A DNA stretch of 64,000 bases. Source: a virus. Its lineage: Duplodnaviria > Caudoviricetes. Shown one piece after another: positions 29,043-39,941 of this stretch; position 1 is the first letter of the stretch; the number at the start of each line of letters is the position of its first letter. Position numbers and translations under genes: made by a program. The stretch is taken from positions 1 through 64,000 of the IMG/VR virus record IMGVR_UViG_3300028591_000099. The stretch is one strand, 5' to 3'. The notes beneath the pieces are model-generated. The model did no database searches. It worked only from the letters and a program-made list of their open reading frames with translations, and was not told where the DNA came from.

Positions 29043-30293
29043 ATGGAACATACAAGTATAAAAGTTGAATCTCCTATTGAAATTGTTGATATGGTTCCTC
29101 TAAATCCATTAATTTCTAAAGTCCAAATTAAGGTATGCTATGTCGGAGATGAGCCAAATCGTAACGGCAGTGTAATTACAAAAGCTGTTGCTATGGATAT
29201 GGCAAAATCTCTGCCAGGCTGCCCTATTGTTGGATTTTATAATGAAACTAAAGGGGATTTTGAGGCCCATAATCAAATTATTGATGTATCAAACGGCGAA
29301 TGGCGTTTTAAGGATACAACTCAAGCCTATGGCTTTGTTGACTTAAACGCCAAGGTTTGATTCCAAAAGTTTTTAGATGATGGAGTTGAGCATGAATATC
29401 TAATGACAGAAGGATATTTATGAACAGAACAATGACCAGAAGCAAAAAGAGTTCTTGAAAAGGGTAATAACCAATCTATGGAACTCTATGAACCAACATT
29501 AAAAGGTTTTTGGTCAGAAGGAGATAATGGAGAACCAAGTTTCTTTATTATCAATGAAGCAATAATCTCTAAACTTTGTATTTTAGGAGAAGATGTTGAG
29601 CCTTGCTTCGAAGGCGCGCAAATCACCAGAGTGCAATTTTCATTTGAACCAGATTTCCAGAAACGCTTATTTAGTATGATGGAACAGGTCAAAGAGATTA
29701 CTCAAGAAGGAGGGACAGATTCTGTGGAAGACGAAAAGAAATTAGAAGAAGAAGTTGAAGAAGAAGTCGAAAACTTAGAAGAAGAAAAAGAATCAGAAGA
29801 GGCTCCCGAAGAAGTTCCTGCTGAAGAGGCAGAACCGGAAGAAGAGGAGGCTCCTGAGGAAGAGCCTGAAGAAGAAGTTCAGGACGAAAGCGTTAAATAT
29901 AATCTTGACGAAATTCAAGAATATATAGAACTTAAGTCTGCTTATGAAAATTTACAGACAGAGTTCGCTGCAATGAAAGCTGACTATGATGAGCTGGTAG
30001 AATTCAAAAAGGTTGCTGATCGTAAAGAAAAGCAAAAGATGATTGACAGTTTCTATATGCTCGCAGACGAAGACAAGAAAGACGTTATCGAAAATATTGA
30101 TAGCTATTCTGTTGATGATATCGAAGCTAAGCTTTCTGTAATTTGTGTTCGTAACAGAGTAAGTTTTAATCTTGATGAAGAAGAGGAACAGAAAGAAACT
30201 AAGACTGTTTTCAGTTTAGAAGAAGATGATATTGGTGATACTGTTCCAGCATGGATTAAAGCTGCTATGGCTACGAAGAAAGAAATGGAATAA
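29043..30293 (+). CDS. prohead protease/scaffold, 416 aa (3 TGA=Trp)
   Basis: NRNGS, PIVG, GYL(W)T, QSMEL, LCILG..VEPCF motifs; acidic scaffold tail. Confidence 0.8.
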
Positions 30294-30312
30294 TAGAGGA
30301 GGATGACAATAA

Positions 30313-31038
30313 ATGGCTAGAACAAGATTAAGTGAAAAGGCCACATATGTCGCTCGTGGTTACGGTCAGGTCGAACCAAACCATCTTTCAGCTCAGAAGA
30401 CTGGTCAGATCTATGCTCAGTTACCAGCTGCTGCTGATATTAAGATTTTAGAAAATGGTCAGTTCGCAACATATAACTATGCTGCTGCTGATGGTGGTGC
30501 AGTTGACTTTGAAGGTGCCGGCGAATGGATGATGGTCTTCAATGAAGTCAAAGTTTACCGTGATTTTGAACAAGATTGCGATTTCGCAATGAAGAAAGAA
30601 GATTATATCGCTCGTGTTTACAGCCCAATCGATGGAACAAAGGCATTAACTGAATGGCAGGCTCGTTTCTATGGTGAATTAGATGCTGATGGTAAACCAA
30701 ATCCAGAACGTGTTGCTAAATCTGCTTCTCCATATGAAGTTGATTCTACAGATGATCCGTTCAAGGTTGTTGAACCATACAAAGCACCAAAATTAATGCC
30801 AGAAGGAACAAGAATGGTTCCAAGATTATTCAAGATTAATATTGGCGATATTTGGACAACAAATACAATTAAAGCTGAACCAGGCAGCCTTGAAGTTGGT
30901 ATGACATTAACTCCAGATGCTGATGGTTACCTTAAAGTCGGTGAAGGTGCTGATGCTTTACACCCAACAATGCAGGTTGTTAAGGTTTACACAATGCCTG
31001 ATATGCAGCCAGGTGTAAAAGTTATGCGTATTAAATAA
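30313..31038 (+). CDS. capsid-associated/decoration protein
   Basis: lies between scaffold and capsid; strong codon bias. Confidence 0.6.
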   Translation: MARTRLSEKATYVARGYGQVEPNHLSAQKTGQIYAQLPAAADIKILENGQFATYNYAAADGGAVDFEGAGEWMMVFNEVKVYRDFEQDCDFAMKKEDYIARVYSPIDGTKALTEWQARFYGELDADGKPNPERVAKSASPYEVDSTDDPFKVVEPYKAPKLMPEGTRMVPRLFKINIGDIWTTNTIKAEPGSLEVGMTLTPDADGYLKVGEGADALHPTMQVVKVYTMPDMQPGVKVMRIK

Positions 31039-31057
31039 TAGAAAGGGGTAAAGGAAA

Positions 31058-32182
31058 ATGTTAGATAAGAAAAATTTTGTCGCATTAGCGAAAACTGTTG
31101 CTAAAGCTAATCCTTCTGCTCCTTCCGCTTATAGCTTTAATGGACAGAACTTTAGCTATGAAGAATTAAATGAAACTCTTCGTAAAGAGTTCAGAGAAAT
31201 TGCTGGTACTTACCAGTTATATCGTGAAAACAAAAACTTAGTATTCTCTATCATTGAAGAAACATTAACAGATGTTCTTCCACAGAGAGTTATTCAGAAC
31301 TATGGTCAGTTCGCAGAAGTAAAGACATTTGCTCAGGGCGACAAGCCAATGTTCAGAAGAAAAATTGATGGCACTAATCGTGCTAAACAGTTCATCACAA
31401 GAGTTGGTCTTGCTGGTAACTATGAAGTCTTCAAGCTCGGTAGAGCATCTGAAAGCTTCGAAGTTCCGACAAGTGCTATCGGCGGAGCTGCTCAGATTGG
31501 ATTCGAAGAATTCTTAGATGGTCGTGCAGATTTCGCAGAATTAGTCAATATCGTCATGGAAGGTATGGATGACCTCGTTTATGAAGAAATTGGCAAGGCT
31601 CTTGAAGGTGCTGTTAGCCAGCTCCCAGCTATGAACCGTGTCGTTGCCAATGGTTTCGATGCTGCTTCATTTGATGAATTAGTTCGTTTAGCTGAAAGCT
31701 ATGGTAATGTTACTATCTACTGCACTAACGAATTTGCTGTTAAGATGATCCCTCAGGAAGCTTGGAGATACACTGAAGCTATGAAGGATGAACTCTACAG
31801 AACAGGTCGTTTAAGTGGCTACAGAGATAAGAACGTTGTTATCTTACCAAACGCATACAAAGATGTTGTTGCAGGTAAGGAAAAAGTTATTGATCCTTCA
31901 TTCTGCTGGATCATCCCATCTGGTGCTGATATGAAACCAGTTAAGGTTGCTTTTGAAGGCGATACATTAGTTGATGAAAGAGCTAACCGTGACTGGAGCC
32001 GTGAAATCCAGGTTTATAAGAAAGTTGGCGTTATCTGCATGATGAATAATGCAATTTGCGTCTACAAAGATACTTCCTTATCTAAGGAAGGTGCGTTCCA
32101 GTTAGCTGATACAGTTAAGAACGTTGTTGTTGTCGAAGAGCCTGCAGAAGGCGAAGGCGGCGCAGAAGGATCGGGAAATTAA
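31058..32182 (+). CDS. major capsid protein
   Basis: 374 aa, gene order, strong codon bias. Confidence 0.8.
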   Translation: MLDKKNFVALAKTVAKANPSAPSAYSFNGQNFSYEELNETLRKEFREIAGTYQLYRENKNLVFSIIEETLTDVLPQRVIQNYGQFAEVKTFAQGDKPMFRRKIDGTNRAKQFITRVGLAGNYEVFKLGRASESFEVPTSAIGGAAQIGFEEFLDGRADFAELVNIVMEGMDDLVYEEIGKALEGAVSQLPAMNRVVANGFDAASFDELVRLAESYGNVTIYCTNEFAVKMIPQEAWRYTEAMKDELYRTGRLSGYRDKNVVILPNAYKDVVAGKEKVIDPSFCWIIPSGADMKPVKVAFEGDTLVDERANRDWSREIQVYKKVGVICMMNNAICVYKDTSLSKEGAFQLADTVKNVVVVEEPAEGEGGAEGSGN

Positions 32183-32586
32183 CGGTAACAGTTAGTAAGT
32201 TGACCACTCTTCCATCTTGGGATGCTCATTACACAGATATGCAAACCAACAATGGGGCTGTTACAGTAGAACAAAGTGGTGACGAAGTTTCAATTAAAGG
32301 TAGTTTAGCTTCATTAGTATCATTCGCATCCAGTAATCCAGCTCAAGGAGAGCATAAATGGATCGGATTAGATATTAATACAGGTTTAGACTCAATCGTC
32401 GGTGCTACTTGGAATGGTAGTGCATTAGAGCAAGCCGATGAAGATGAAGCGACTGGTTTAGGTTTAGCTAAAGGTCACATTGTCTTCTGGGCTAAGGCTG
32501 AAGCATTAGCAGAAGCTGCGAGAACCATTGCAATCGGAGCAGAAGACGAAGTCGTTAACTTAAAGGTTGCTTTTGTTGAAGCATAA
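32173..32586 (+). CDS. capsid C-terminal extension reached by -1 frameshift at G GGA AAT
   Basis: slippery heptamer 32173-32179 just before the capsid stop; -1 frame open to TAA 32586; no RBS for TTG 32200. Confidence 0.7.
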   Translation, partial: GKLTVTVSKLTTLPSWDAHYTDMQTNNGAVTVEQSGDEVSIKGSLASLVSFASSNPAQGEHKWIGLDINTGLDSIVGATWNGSALEQADEDEATGLGLAKGHIVFWAKAEALAEAARTIAIGAEDEVVNLKVAFVEA

Positions 32587-32606
32587 AAACTTAATATATA
32601 AGGAAA

Positions 32607-32645
32607 AAGGGGAGCTAGGGGTAAATCCCCTCTCCCCTTATTTTC
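32607..32645 (+). terminator. intrinsic terminator
   Basis: AAGGGGAG..AGGGG/CCCCT.CTCCCCTT hairpin then T-rich tail. Confidence 0.7.
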
Positions 32646-32673
32646 ATTAATAGGAGAAAAAGGAGATAATAAT

Positions 32674-33222
32674 ATGGCAGATTATGTAACTGTTGAAAAT
32701 AGAAGTGCTGGAAAAATTGTTTATTCAATTCCAGATAGACATATTCGTAAAGAGCTTGCACCGAGACAGACTATTAGAGTGCCAAAAGAAGAAATCGAAG
32801 CACTTGCTTATTCTGCAGGCGGACTTGACTTAATCAGAAACCACCTCTTGGTAAAAGACGAACAGATTTTGGATGAATTAAACGTCCATAGAGAACCTGA
32901 ATATTATATGAATGCTGATAATGTCGCAAATTTAATTAAAAATGGAACTTTAGATGAATTTTTAGATGCTTTAGACTTCGCACCAGAAGGTGTTATTGAT
33001 ATGATTAAAGATTTAAGCGTTCAGATTCCATTAAATGATTTTTCAAAAAGAAATGCTCTTAAAGAAAAAACTGGATTTGATGTAGATGCGGCTATCGCTC
33101 ATGATAGAGAAAATAAGGCTGCGGAAGGCGATGAACCGGTCGAGGCAGCTGCACCGAAAGTGCGTAGAGTCCAGGCTAATCCAGCAAGAAGAACTTCTGG
33201 CACAAAAATTATTAAAAAATAG
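32674..33222 (+). CDS. head-region hypothetical protein
   Basis: AAGGAG RBS; gene order. Confidence 0.75.
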   Translation: MADYVTVENRSAGKIVYSIPDRHIRKELAPRQTIRVPKEEIEALAYSAGGLDLIRNHLLVKDEQILDELNVHREPEYYMNADNVANLIKNGTLDEFLDALDFAPEGVIDMIKDLSVQIPLNDFSKRNALKEKTGFDVDAAIAHDRENKAAEGDEPVEAAAPKVRRVQANPARRTSGTKIIKK

Positions 33223-33246
33223 TAAATAAGAAAGGAGAGTTATACA

Positions 33247-33927
33247 ATGGGAACTCAATTCACCGATGTATATAACCGCTTTCTTGGTAAAATTACAGAC
33301 GACATGTACATGGAGTTAACTCCAGAGGACACAATGAGGGACCTACGGTCCCTTTTAATTGATGCGATTCCTGGTTTTGAATTTCCACGAAAAATTCTTG
33401 ATGATTACACAATAGAGACTCTTGTTGTTAGAGAAGACAAAGTTGAGGAAGGGGATTTAGTAATTGGAGTCGTATGAAATACTCCGGATGGTCCAGAAGA
33501 TGAAGAAATCTGTGATGTATATGTCGAAAGGTCGTATTTTGAGGCAGATTTGACCAGTGAGGAAATCAATATTCTAGCATTATTAATGATGTGCGGGTGA
33601 CTACAGAGACAAGTCACTTCTATTGAGAATACTCGCATGAAATATAGTGGGTCTGATTTTAAAATGACCTCTCAAGCTAACCATCTTGCCAAATTATTAA
33701 ATTTATTAGGTGAATGCCAAAGACAATCTTTTCATATGCAGAGATTGTATAAACGCAGATATACCAATTCAAAAGGGTATATTAAATCAAATTGGACTCC
33801 ATCACTTGGTTATGGGGTAAATTATAACATCGCTGGTTATTCTGCAGCAGATACTGAAAGTTCATCAAAATCAATTACTATAAATGAGAATGATGAGGTT
33901 GTTTATGACGGCGGAGATGCTCACTAA
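33247..33927 (+). CDS. putative head-tail adaptor, 226 aa (2 TGA=Trp)
   Basis: frame joins ORFs 33247 and 33637 across TGA 33475, 33598. Confidence 0.65.
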
Positions 33928-34213
33928 TTTAGAATTTTCTGATGTTGTGATAAAAGCTGATGTTAATAGATTAACCAACCAATTATGGAAATTAATTCCA
34001 ATGAGAGAAAATAATGAAAATTGAATTGAGCAATTAAATACAGTGTTAATTGAAGTTGCGGGATTAGGCGAAATTATTAAAGTAGATGAAAAATATTTAA
34101 TACTTTTAAGTAAATTAGAAGGATTAAAAAAAGTTGATACTGAATTCGTAACTTATAGAAAAACTGTATTTGAATCTATATCATTATTGCGAGAGGTGTT
34201 TTATGCCGCATAG
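33917..34213 (+). CDS. hypothetical protein, 98 aa (1 TGA=Trp), missed by ORF track
   Basis: overlaps both neighbours; single TGA at 34022. Confidence 0.65.
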
Positions 34214-35192
34214 CACAGACCGTTCGCAAATCACTGGAATAAATTTAATGGCAAATAGAATAAACTGGCATGGCGGTCAGCCGCAGCAAGACAGAATGAT
34301 AAGAGATAAACGATGGAGCTTAGATCATGCTACAAAATACTCTTATCAAGCAGCGAAAATCAGACATACTGATTCTATAGATAAAGAAGAGGCTCCAGCT
34401 CTTATTAATCCAGATAAAACAAAATTTAATTATGACGATAAAATTGTCTCTGTTGGTTTTGAATATCGTTATAATCCTGGAGATGTATTTGATTGAATAA
34501 ACACTGATACAAAATGGATCATTTATACTAGAGATTATACTGAACTGGCTTATTTTAAAGGGCAGATTAGAAAGTGTAATTATACAGTAACGTGGCTAGA
34601 TGAAGAGGGCAATGAACACACTCAGCATTTGGCTGTGCGTGGTCCAGTAGAAACAAAAATTAATTATATTCAAAAAAATGGAATTAGTGTTGATACCCCA
34701 AACCACTCACTAAATATCTATATGACAAAGACTCCAGAAGCAATGAAGTATTTTGATCGTTATACTAAATTCTATTTAGGCGGAATTACAGAATATGATA
34801 AAGATACTTGCTGAAGAGTTGAGGCAATGGATGCGGTTAGTACTGATGGTTTAATTCAGATTAACGCGGTTGAGTATTATGCGAATGAAACTAGAGATGA
34901 CCTTGACAGGTCTTTAGTGGATGCGCTGGTGCTTAAACCGGTCGATCCAAACGCCGGTCATGAAGAAGCAGAGCCAATCAAGGGTGAAACATTCATTAAA
35001 CCGAAAATTGAATATAAGTATTTTTATAGAGGAAAAGAAAACTCTACTTGGAGCGTTGATAAAAAAGTTCCAGTTCAACTTACAGTCGAAGATAAGAAAG
35101 TCACACTTAAGTGAATGTCTGGTTATAGTGGGCAATTTACATTAAAGTATGGTTCATCTGAAAAGACTATAGTTGTAGAGTCTTTATTCTAA
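34203..35192 (+). CDS. putative head-closure/neck protein, 329 aa (3 TGA=Trp)
   Basis: joins ORFs 34170, 34629, 34827. Confidence 0.65.
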
Positions 35193-35209
35193 GGAGAAAA
35201 GGGAGTATT

Positions 35210-35794
35210 ATGATAATAAAGAATTATACGATACCACATTCATCGTTTATGTCGGTTGATAAAGACTTGGCAATTATAACGGATTGAATGCTGAAGAATA
35301 AGAATCTATGCAAGATTCTCTATTATACAGATCGGGACGCACTTGACCGACCGGCTTTAACACCGGCGCAAGCAGCAGATTTAATTGGTAAACAGATTAA
35401 AATTGTGCCAAAGATTTATATTGATAGAAGTGTGTTAGCATACGTTATTATTTCAATGGATAATTTTACACCAAGTGCAAATCCGCAGTTCAGAGATAAT
35501 GTAGTAACATTTGATATTGTATGTCACTTTGATCAATGACAATTAAAAGATTATCAATTACGTCCTTATAGAATTGCGGCTGAAATTGATTCAATGTTTG
35601 ATAATCAGCATTTAACCGGTATTGGAGAACTTCATTTTATGGGAGCCAGTCAAATTGTATTAAATGATGAGTTTGCTGGATTAACTCTAATGTATGAAGC
35701 AATCCATGGTGGTGAAGATAAGAAGAATACTCCAAACCCAGCTGACCAAGAGAAAATGGAAGCGGACTTTGATGAATTATTTAATGGCAAGTAA
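35210..35794 (+). CDS. putative tail completion protein, 194 aa (2 TGA=Trp)
   Basis: joins ORFs 35288 and 35594. Confidence 0.6.
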
Positions 35795-36513
35795 TGAAAG
35801 ACTTAGATCTCGCGTTATTTACTGGCGTAGATATACCTGTTCCTAATTATGAAATTGTAATTCATCAACCTACGTTAAAAGAAATCTCTATGGTAGGCGA
35901 GCGGCAGTTTTTATCTGGGATACAATTCTTTTGTATAGATAAAGAACAGTTAGAGGGCGAAAGAGATTTATCAAATACAACCAATTTTCAGATATTTATG
36001 ACAATGATGACTGAAAAGGAGGCTAAAGAGCAGAAAGAATCTGTTATAGATGCATTATCTTTAGTATTCCCAAATACTAAAGTAATGACAACTCCAAGGT
36101 CATTATTGTTAAATTATAATGGAACAAACATTATAATAGATGAAGGAAATTTCGAAGATTTTCAAACAATCTTACGGCAAGTTTTTTGTTTAAAGAAAAA
36201 AGTAGATGATTTTAATCCAGCAAATGCACAGGCAAAGAAAATCGCAGATAAGATTAAAGCGGGTCGTGCCAAAGTGGCTAAACTAAAGGGTGAAGATGTT
36301 GGCAGTATATATGCCAAGTATTTATCTGTATTAGCTGTTGGATTACATCTACCAATAAAAGATTTAATATCTTGTACAATATATCAAATAAACGATCTTT
36401 TGGAAAGATTTGGTCTTTGAACAAATTGAGATATCGACATTCGGTCAAGACTTGCTGGGGCTAAGGCCGATGGCAAGCCTGAAGATTGGATGCGAAATAT
36501 CCATAAAGATTAA
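35794..36513 (+). CDS. tail-region protein, 239 aa (2 TGA=Trp)
   Basis: read-through at 36418 and 36427 reaches TAA just before the next RBS. Confidence 0.7.
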
Positions 36514-36536
36514 AAAAAGAAGGAGGAAAGAAGCCC

Positions 36537-37616
36537 ATGAAATATGGTGTTCGTGACGTCGTTGACGTTGTATTAAGAGCTAAGGGTACAATGGATCTTG
36601 GTAACAAGCGTTTTTACAAAAATGAACCTGTATTATATTTCGATACGCTTACCACTTCAACATTAGAAGGTGCTTCTACTACTGTTTATGCTAATGGTGG
36701 TAAAGGTAATGCTCGTTTAATGGCATGGGAAGGTGAACGTACAGTTACTTTCACAATGGAAGATGCCTTAATTTCACCAGAAAGTTTATCTGTTTTAACT
36801 GGTGCTGGTTTAATTGAAGCTTCTGAAGATGCTCCTGTTTATCAGCATATCGTTGAAACAACTGACGCATTCAGTTTTGCGAATAGTGAATTAACTGTTT
36901 ATGTTGATAAAGAGCCATTATTACCGAAACCAGATGCTGAAGGCAACTTAGTTGAAAATGAGAACTATGCTTGCGTTATGTTCACAAAAGATGGTGAAAT
37001 TATCTCTGAACCATACATTGTCGATCAGAATAGCGGAGCTGAAGGTAAAGCCGCAATTGAAGCTGAAGCAGAAGGTGAATTTGCTGGTAAGTTTAAATTA
37101 GTTGTTAATAGTCATGATTGTAACTTTGGTGAAGATGATTGCCATCCAACTAGAGACCAGTATTTAGCTCAACATCTTGAAGATGATTATAAGTTAGCTA
37201 ATGGTGTTTTAGTTGATTATTATCATCCAGTTAGAGAAGGTGCTAAACAGATTGAAATCGATGCTGAAAAGTTCGCTGGTTCTTATTACTTAGAGGGTTC
37301 TACATTATGGAGAGATACAAATGGTGTTGACCACCCAGCTGAATTCATTATTCCTAACTGCAAGATTCAGTCTGCATTTACATTCACTATGGCTGCTACT
37401 GGTGATCCATCTACATTCACATTCACAATGGATGCATTCCCAGATTACACAAGATTTGATAAGACTCATAAAGTATTTGCGGCTATCCAGATTATGGAAA
37501 GTGCTACAACTGCTTCTGATGCTAATAATGACCTCCATCGTGGCCGCACTTGGGCTGGTGGAAAGAGTTATGCCGGTGGTGCAGAAGGTCCAGCAGCTGA
37601 TAACCACGACAACTAG
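36537..37616 (+). CDS. major tail (tube) protein
   Basis: strong codon bias; C-terminal FTFTMAATGDPSTFTFTMD beta pattern; gene order. Confidence 0.7.
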   Translation: MKYGVRDVVDVVLRAKGTMDLGNKRFYKNEPVLYFDTLTTSTLEGASTTVYANGGKGNARLMAWEGERTVTFTMEDALISPESLSVLTGAGLIEASEDAPVYQHIVETTDAFSFANSELTVYVDKEPLLPKPDAEGNLVENENYACVMFTKDGEIISEPYIVDQNSGAEGKAAIEAEAEGEFAGKFKLVVNSHDCNFGEDDCHPTRDQYLAQHLEDDYKLANGVLVDYYHPVREGAKQIEIDAEKFAGSYYLEGSTLWRDTNGVDHPAEFIIPNCKIQSAFTFTMAATGDPSTFTFTMDAFPDYTRFDKTHKVFAAIQIMESATTASDANNDLHRGRTWAGGKSYAGGAEGPAADNHDN

Positions 37617-37630
37617 TGGAGGTAAAGCCT

Positions 37631-37819
37631 ATGTTTTCTCGCTCTAGTAAAAGAAGAAAGGTTGCTAAACCAGCAACTGTTACCATTGTAAAACCTGAGC
37701 AGAAAGTTAGTATAGTGAAGCCTGCATTAGATTTATCTAAAGCTAAAATTACTATTATAAAACCAGAACCAGGTTTAAAAATTATGGTTGAAGAAGAAAT
37801 TGAAGGAGAGGGCGAATAA
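37631..37819 (+). CDS. small protein with repeated TIVKP/SIVKP/TIIKP motif
   Basis: GGAGG RBS before ATG 37631. Confidence 0.55.
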   Translation: MFSRSSKRRKVAKPATVTIVKPEQKVSIVKPALDLSKAKITIIKPEPGLKIMVEEEIEGEGE

Positions 37820-37835
37820 CCCTCTCCTTTTTTTT
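37804..37835 (+). terminator. intrinsic terminator
   Basis: AGGAGAGGG/CCCTCTCCT stem plus T-run. Confidence 0.8.
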
Positions 37836-37859
37836 AGTTTTAGGAAGGTGGTGGAATAG

Positions 37860-39254
37860 ATGATAGTAAAAACATATAGATTAAAACCTTTTCAAGAAAA
37901 TTTAATACATGGTGGTCAATTTTATGATTCCAAATATTTACAATTAAATTTTTTAAATCCTGTTGATGATGAATTAAGTCAAATGGATATTGCTATTGCT
38001 CAATTAAATGAAGCACACCGATTCTTAAAAACGCAAATTCAAAAGAATGTCACAGATCGTTTAAATCAAGATTTGATGTTACAAACTTTTATTAATGAAT
38101 ATAATTCCGAAGATAATATTGTTAATGAAATTTGAGAACGAATTGAAAATCTTTATAATACTGGAGTTGAAGTACAAAAAAAGGCGACAAAAACTATTTT
38201 AAAAGAGCAAAGTAGAATATGTGAAGATTTACTTCGTCAATATGCTTATATTTTAAATTTAATTGAAAAAAGTGCTCAAGATAAAGATAATATAATTCAT
38301 AGTAATATTTTATTAACAAGATTAAATAGTTTTAAAGAACAATTTGAAGAATTTGAGTCTAGTTTATTAAATAATCCAGAAACAGCTTTAAAAAAATTAG
38401 TTGGTAAAAATGGATATTTAAATCAATTATATTTATATGACAGAATGCTTAAAGGTTATATATTAGAAGAAGATGTCGTAAATAAAAGTAAAAATTTTAT
38501 TTTTTCTGATTTAAAAATTGCAGAACAGCAACCTTTTATTAGTTTAGGAACTGGAACGTTGTTTGTTGAGGGAAAAATGGCCTCAGTCGACACGTTACTT
38601 TTTAAAAGAAGCCAACTTAATGAAAAAATAATGATTTCTTTCAAAAAAGTCCCTCCTGGAGAAGAAAGCAAAAATTATCAACTTATTACAATGTCATTAG
38701 GACAATTTATTGAAACAATGGAAAAAGAGCGTGGTGTTTGAAATTTTTTTATAGATCAATCTAATTACGATATTTTATGTAAACAGTCAATTGCAGCCAT
38801 TCAAGCAAAAGCTTCGCGTCCAAAAGCTAGTATTAAATTTAAATCAAAAACTGATTGATCAACTTTTTCTAATAAATTTGCAGGTATTGAAACAAAAGTT
38901 CTATATGAAATGTATAGATTATATCATTTGTCAGTAGAGTTACCAAAAGGGGGAAAGGATAAAGATAATCATCCTATATATGATGGGAAATCTTGATATA
39001 AACAAAAAACTACTCAATATGCAGTTTTAGCCAATAAAGCATTGGCAAGAAATTTTCAATTTATTGTTGGAGATAATGTTAATTTTATTTTAACAAATGA
39101 ACGAGGTCTAGAAACTGCTGGAGAGTTTATTTTACGGAAAATTAGAGATGGATGATTTTTTAGATGGCAAAATAATTATGCTTATAAAACTTTAGATATT
39201 TCACGTTTACTTGATTTAAAGTATGAAATTAGACTATCTCTTCAACATGAATAA
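37860..39254 (+). CDS. AT-rich hypothetical protein, 464 aa (5 TGA=Trp)
   Basis: continuous frame with only TGA interruptions. Confidence 0.7.
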
Positions 39255-39296
39255 AAAATTTTTGTTATAATATAAGAGAAAAAGGAGGGTTTACTT

Positions 39297-39827
39297 ATGC
39301 CAAAGGCAAAACCAACATATGCAAAATTAAAATTAACCTCTGAAGTAACTCCAAAAGAGTTCACTTGGGGAGACCAGGTTATTGAGGTTAAGCAATATAT
39401 TTCAATTCAAGATAAATTACAATTAATCTCTGAAGTTGTTAATGCGGCGGCCGATGAAAATCGCTTCGCAAACTGGGGTAAACTTCATATGTATCTGGAC
39501 TTAAAGATTATTGAATACTACACTAATCTCGCAATTACTGACAAGCAGAAAGAAAATGCCGTTAAAATGTATGATGAGATTACTGCTTCTGGATTCAAAA
39601 AGCAATTAAGTGAAAATATGGCAGATACTGAATTAACTAAGTTATATTCAATGTTAGTTGATACAGTTGATGGTATTTATGAATATCAGAACTCTGCTTA
39701 TGGTATTTTAGATTCATTAAATACAGATTATAGTAATTTAAACTTTGATATTGAAAAACTTACTAAAGAAATTGGCAATAAAGAAAACGTCCAATTCTTA
39801 GACCAAGTATTAACCAAACTTGGTTAA
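39297..39827 (+). CDS. putative tail assembly chaperone
   Basis: position directly before the tape measure gene. Confidence 0.5.
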   Translation: MPKAKPTYAKLKLTSEVTPKEFTWGDQVIEVKQYISIQDKLQLISEVVNAAADENRFANWGKLHMYLDLKIIEYYTNLAITDKQKENAVKMYDEITASGFKKQLSENMADTELTKLYSMLVDTVDGIYEYQNSAYGILDSLNTDYSNLNFDIEKLTKEIGNKENVQFLDQVLTKLG

Positions 39828-39872
39828 TCGACTCTGCTATTTTTTAAAGTATTAAAGAAGAATAGACATATT

Positions 39873-39914
39873 AATGCCCTATGAGGATTAAGTTCTTCAT
39901 AGGGCATTTTTTTT
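39873..39914 (+). terminator. intrinsic terminator-like hairpin
   Basis: AATGCCCTATGAGGA/TCTTCATAGGGCATT stem plus T-run. Confidence 0.75.
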
Positions 39915-39941
39915 ATATACGGAGAGAAAGGAGCAGAAAAT

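Noticed and set aside
25262-37616. TAG recoding (code 15)
   Set aside because: TAG ends terL, portal and tail tube directly before the next RBS or start; no in-frame TAG is needed to join genes.
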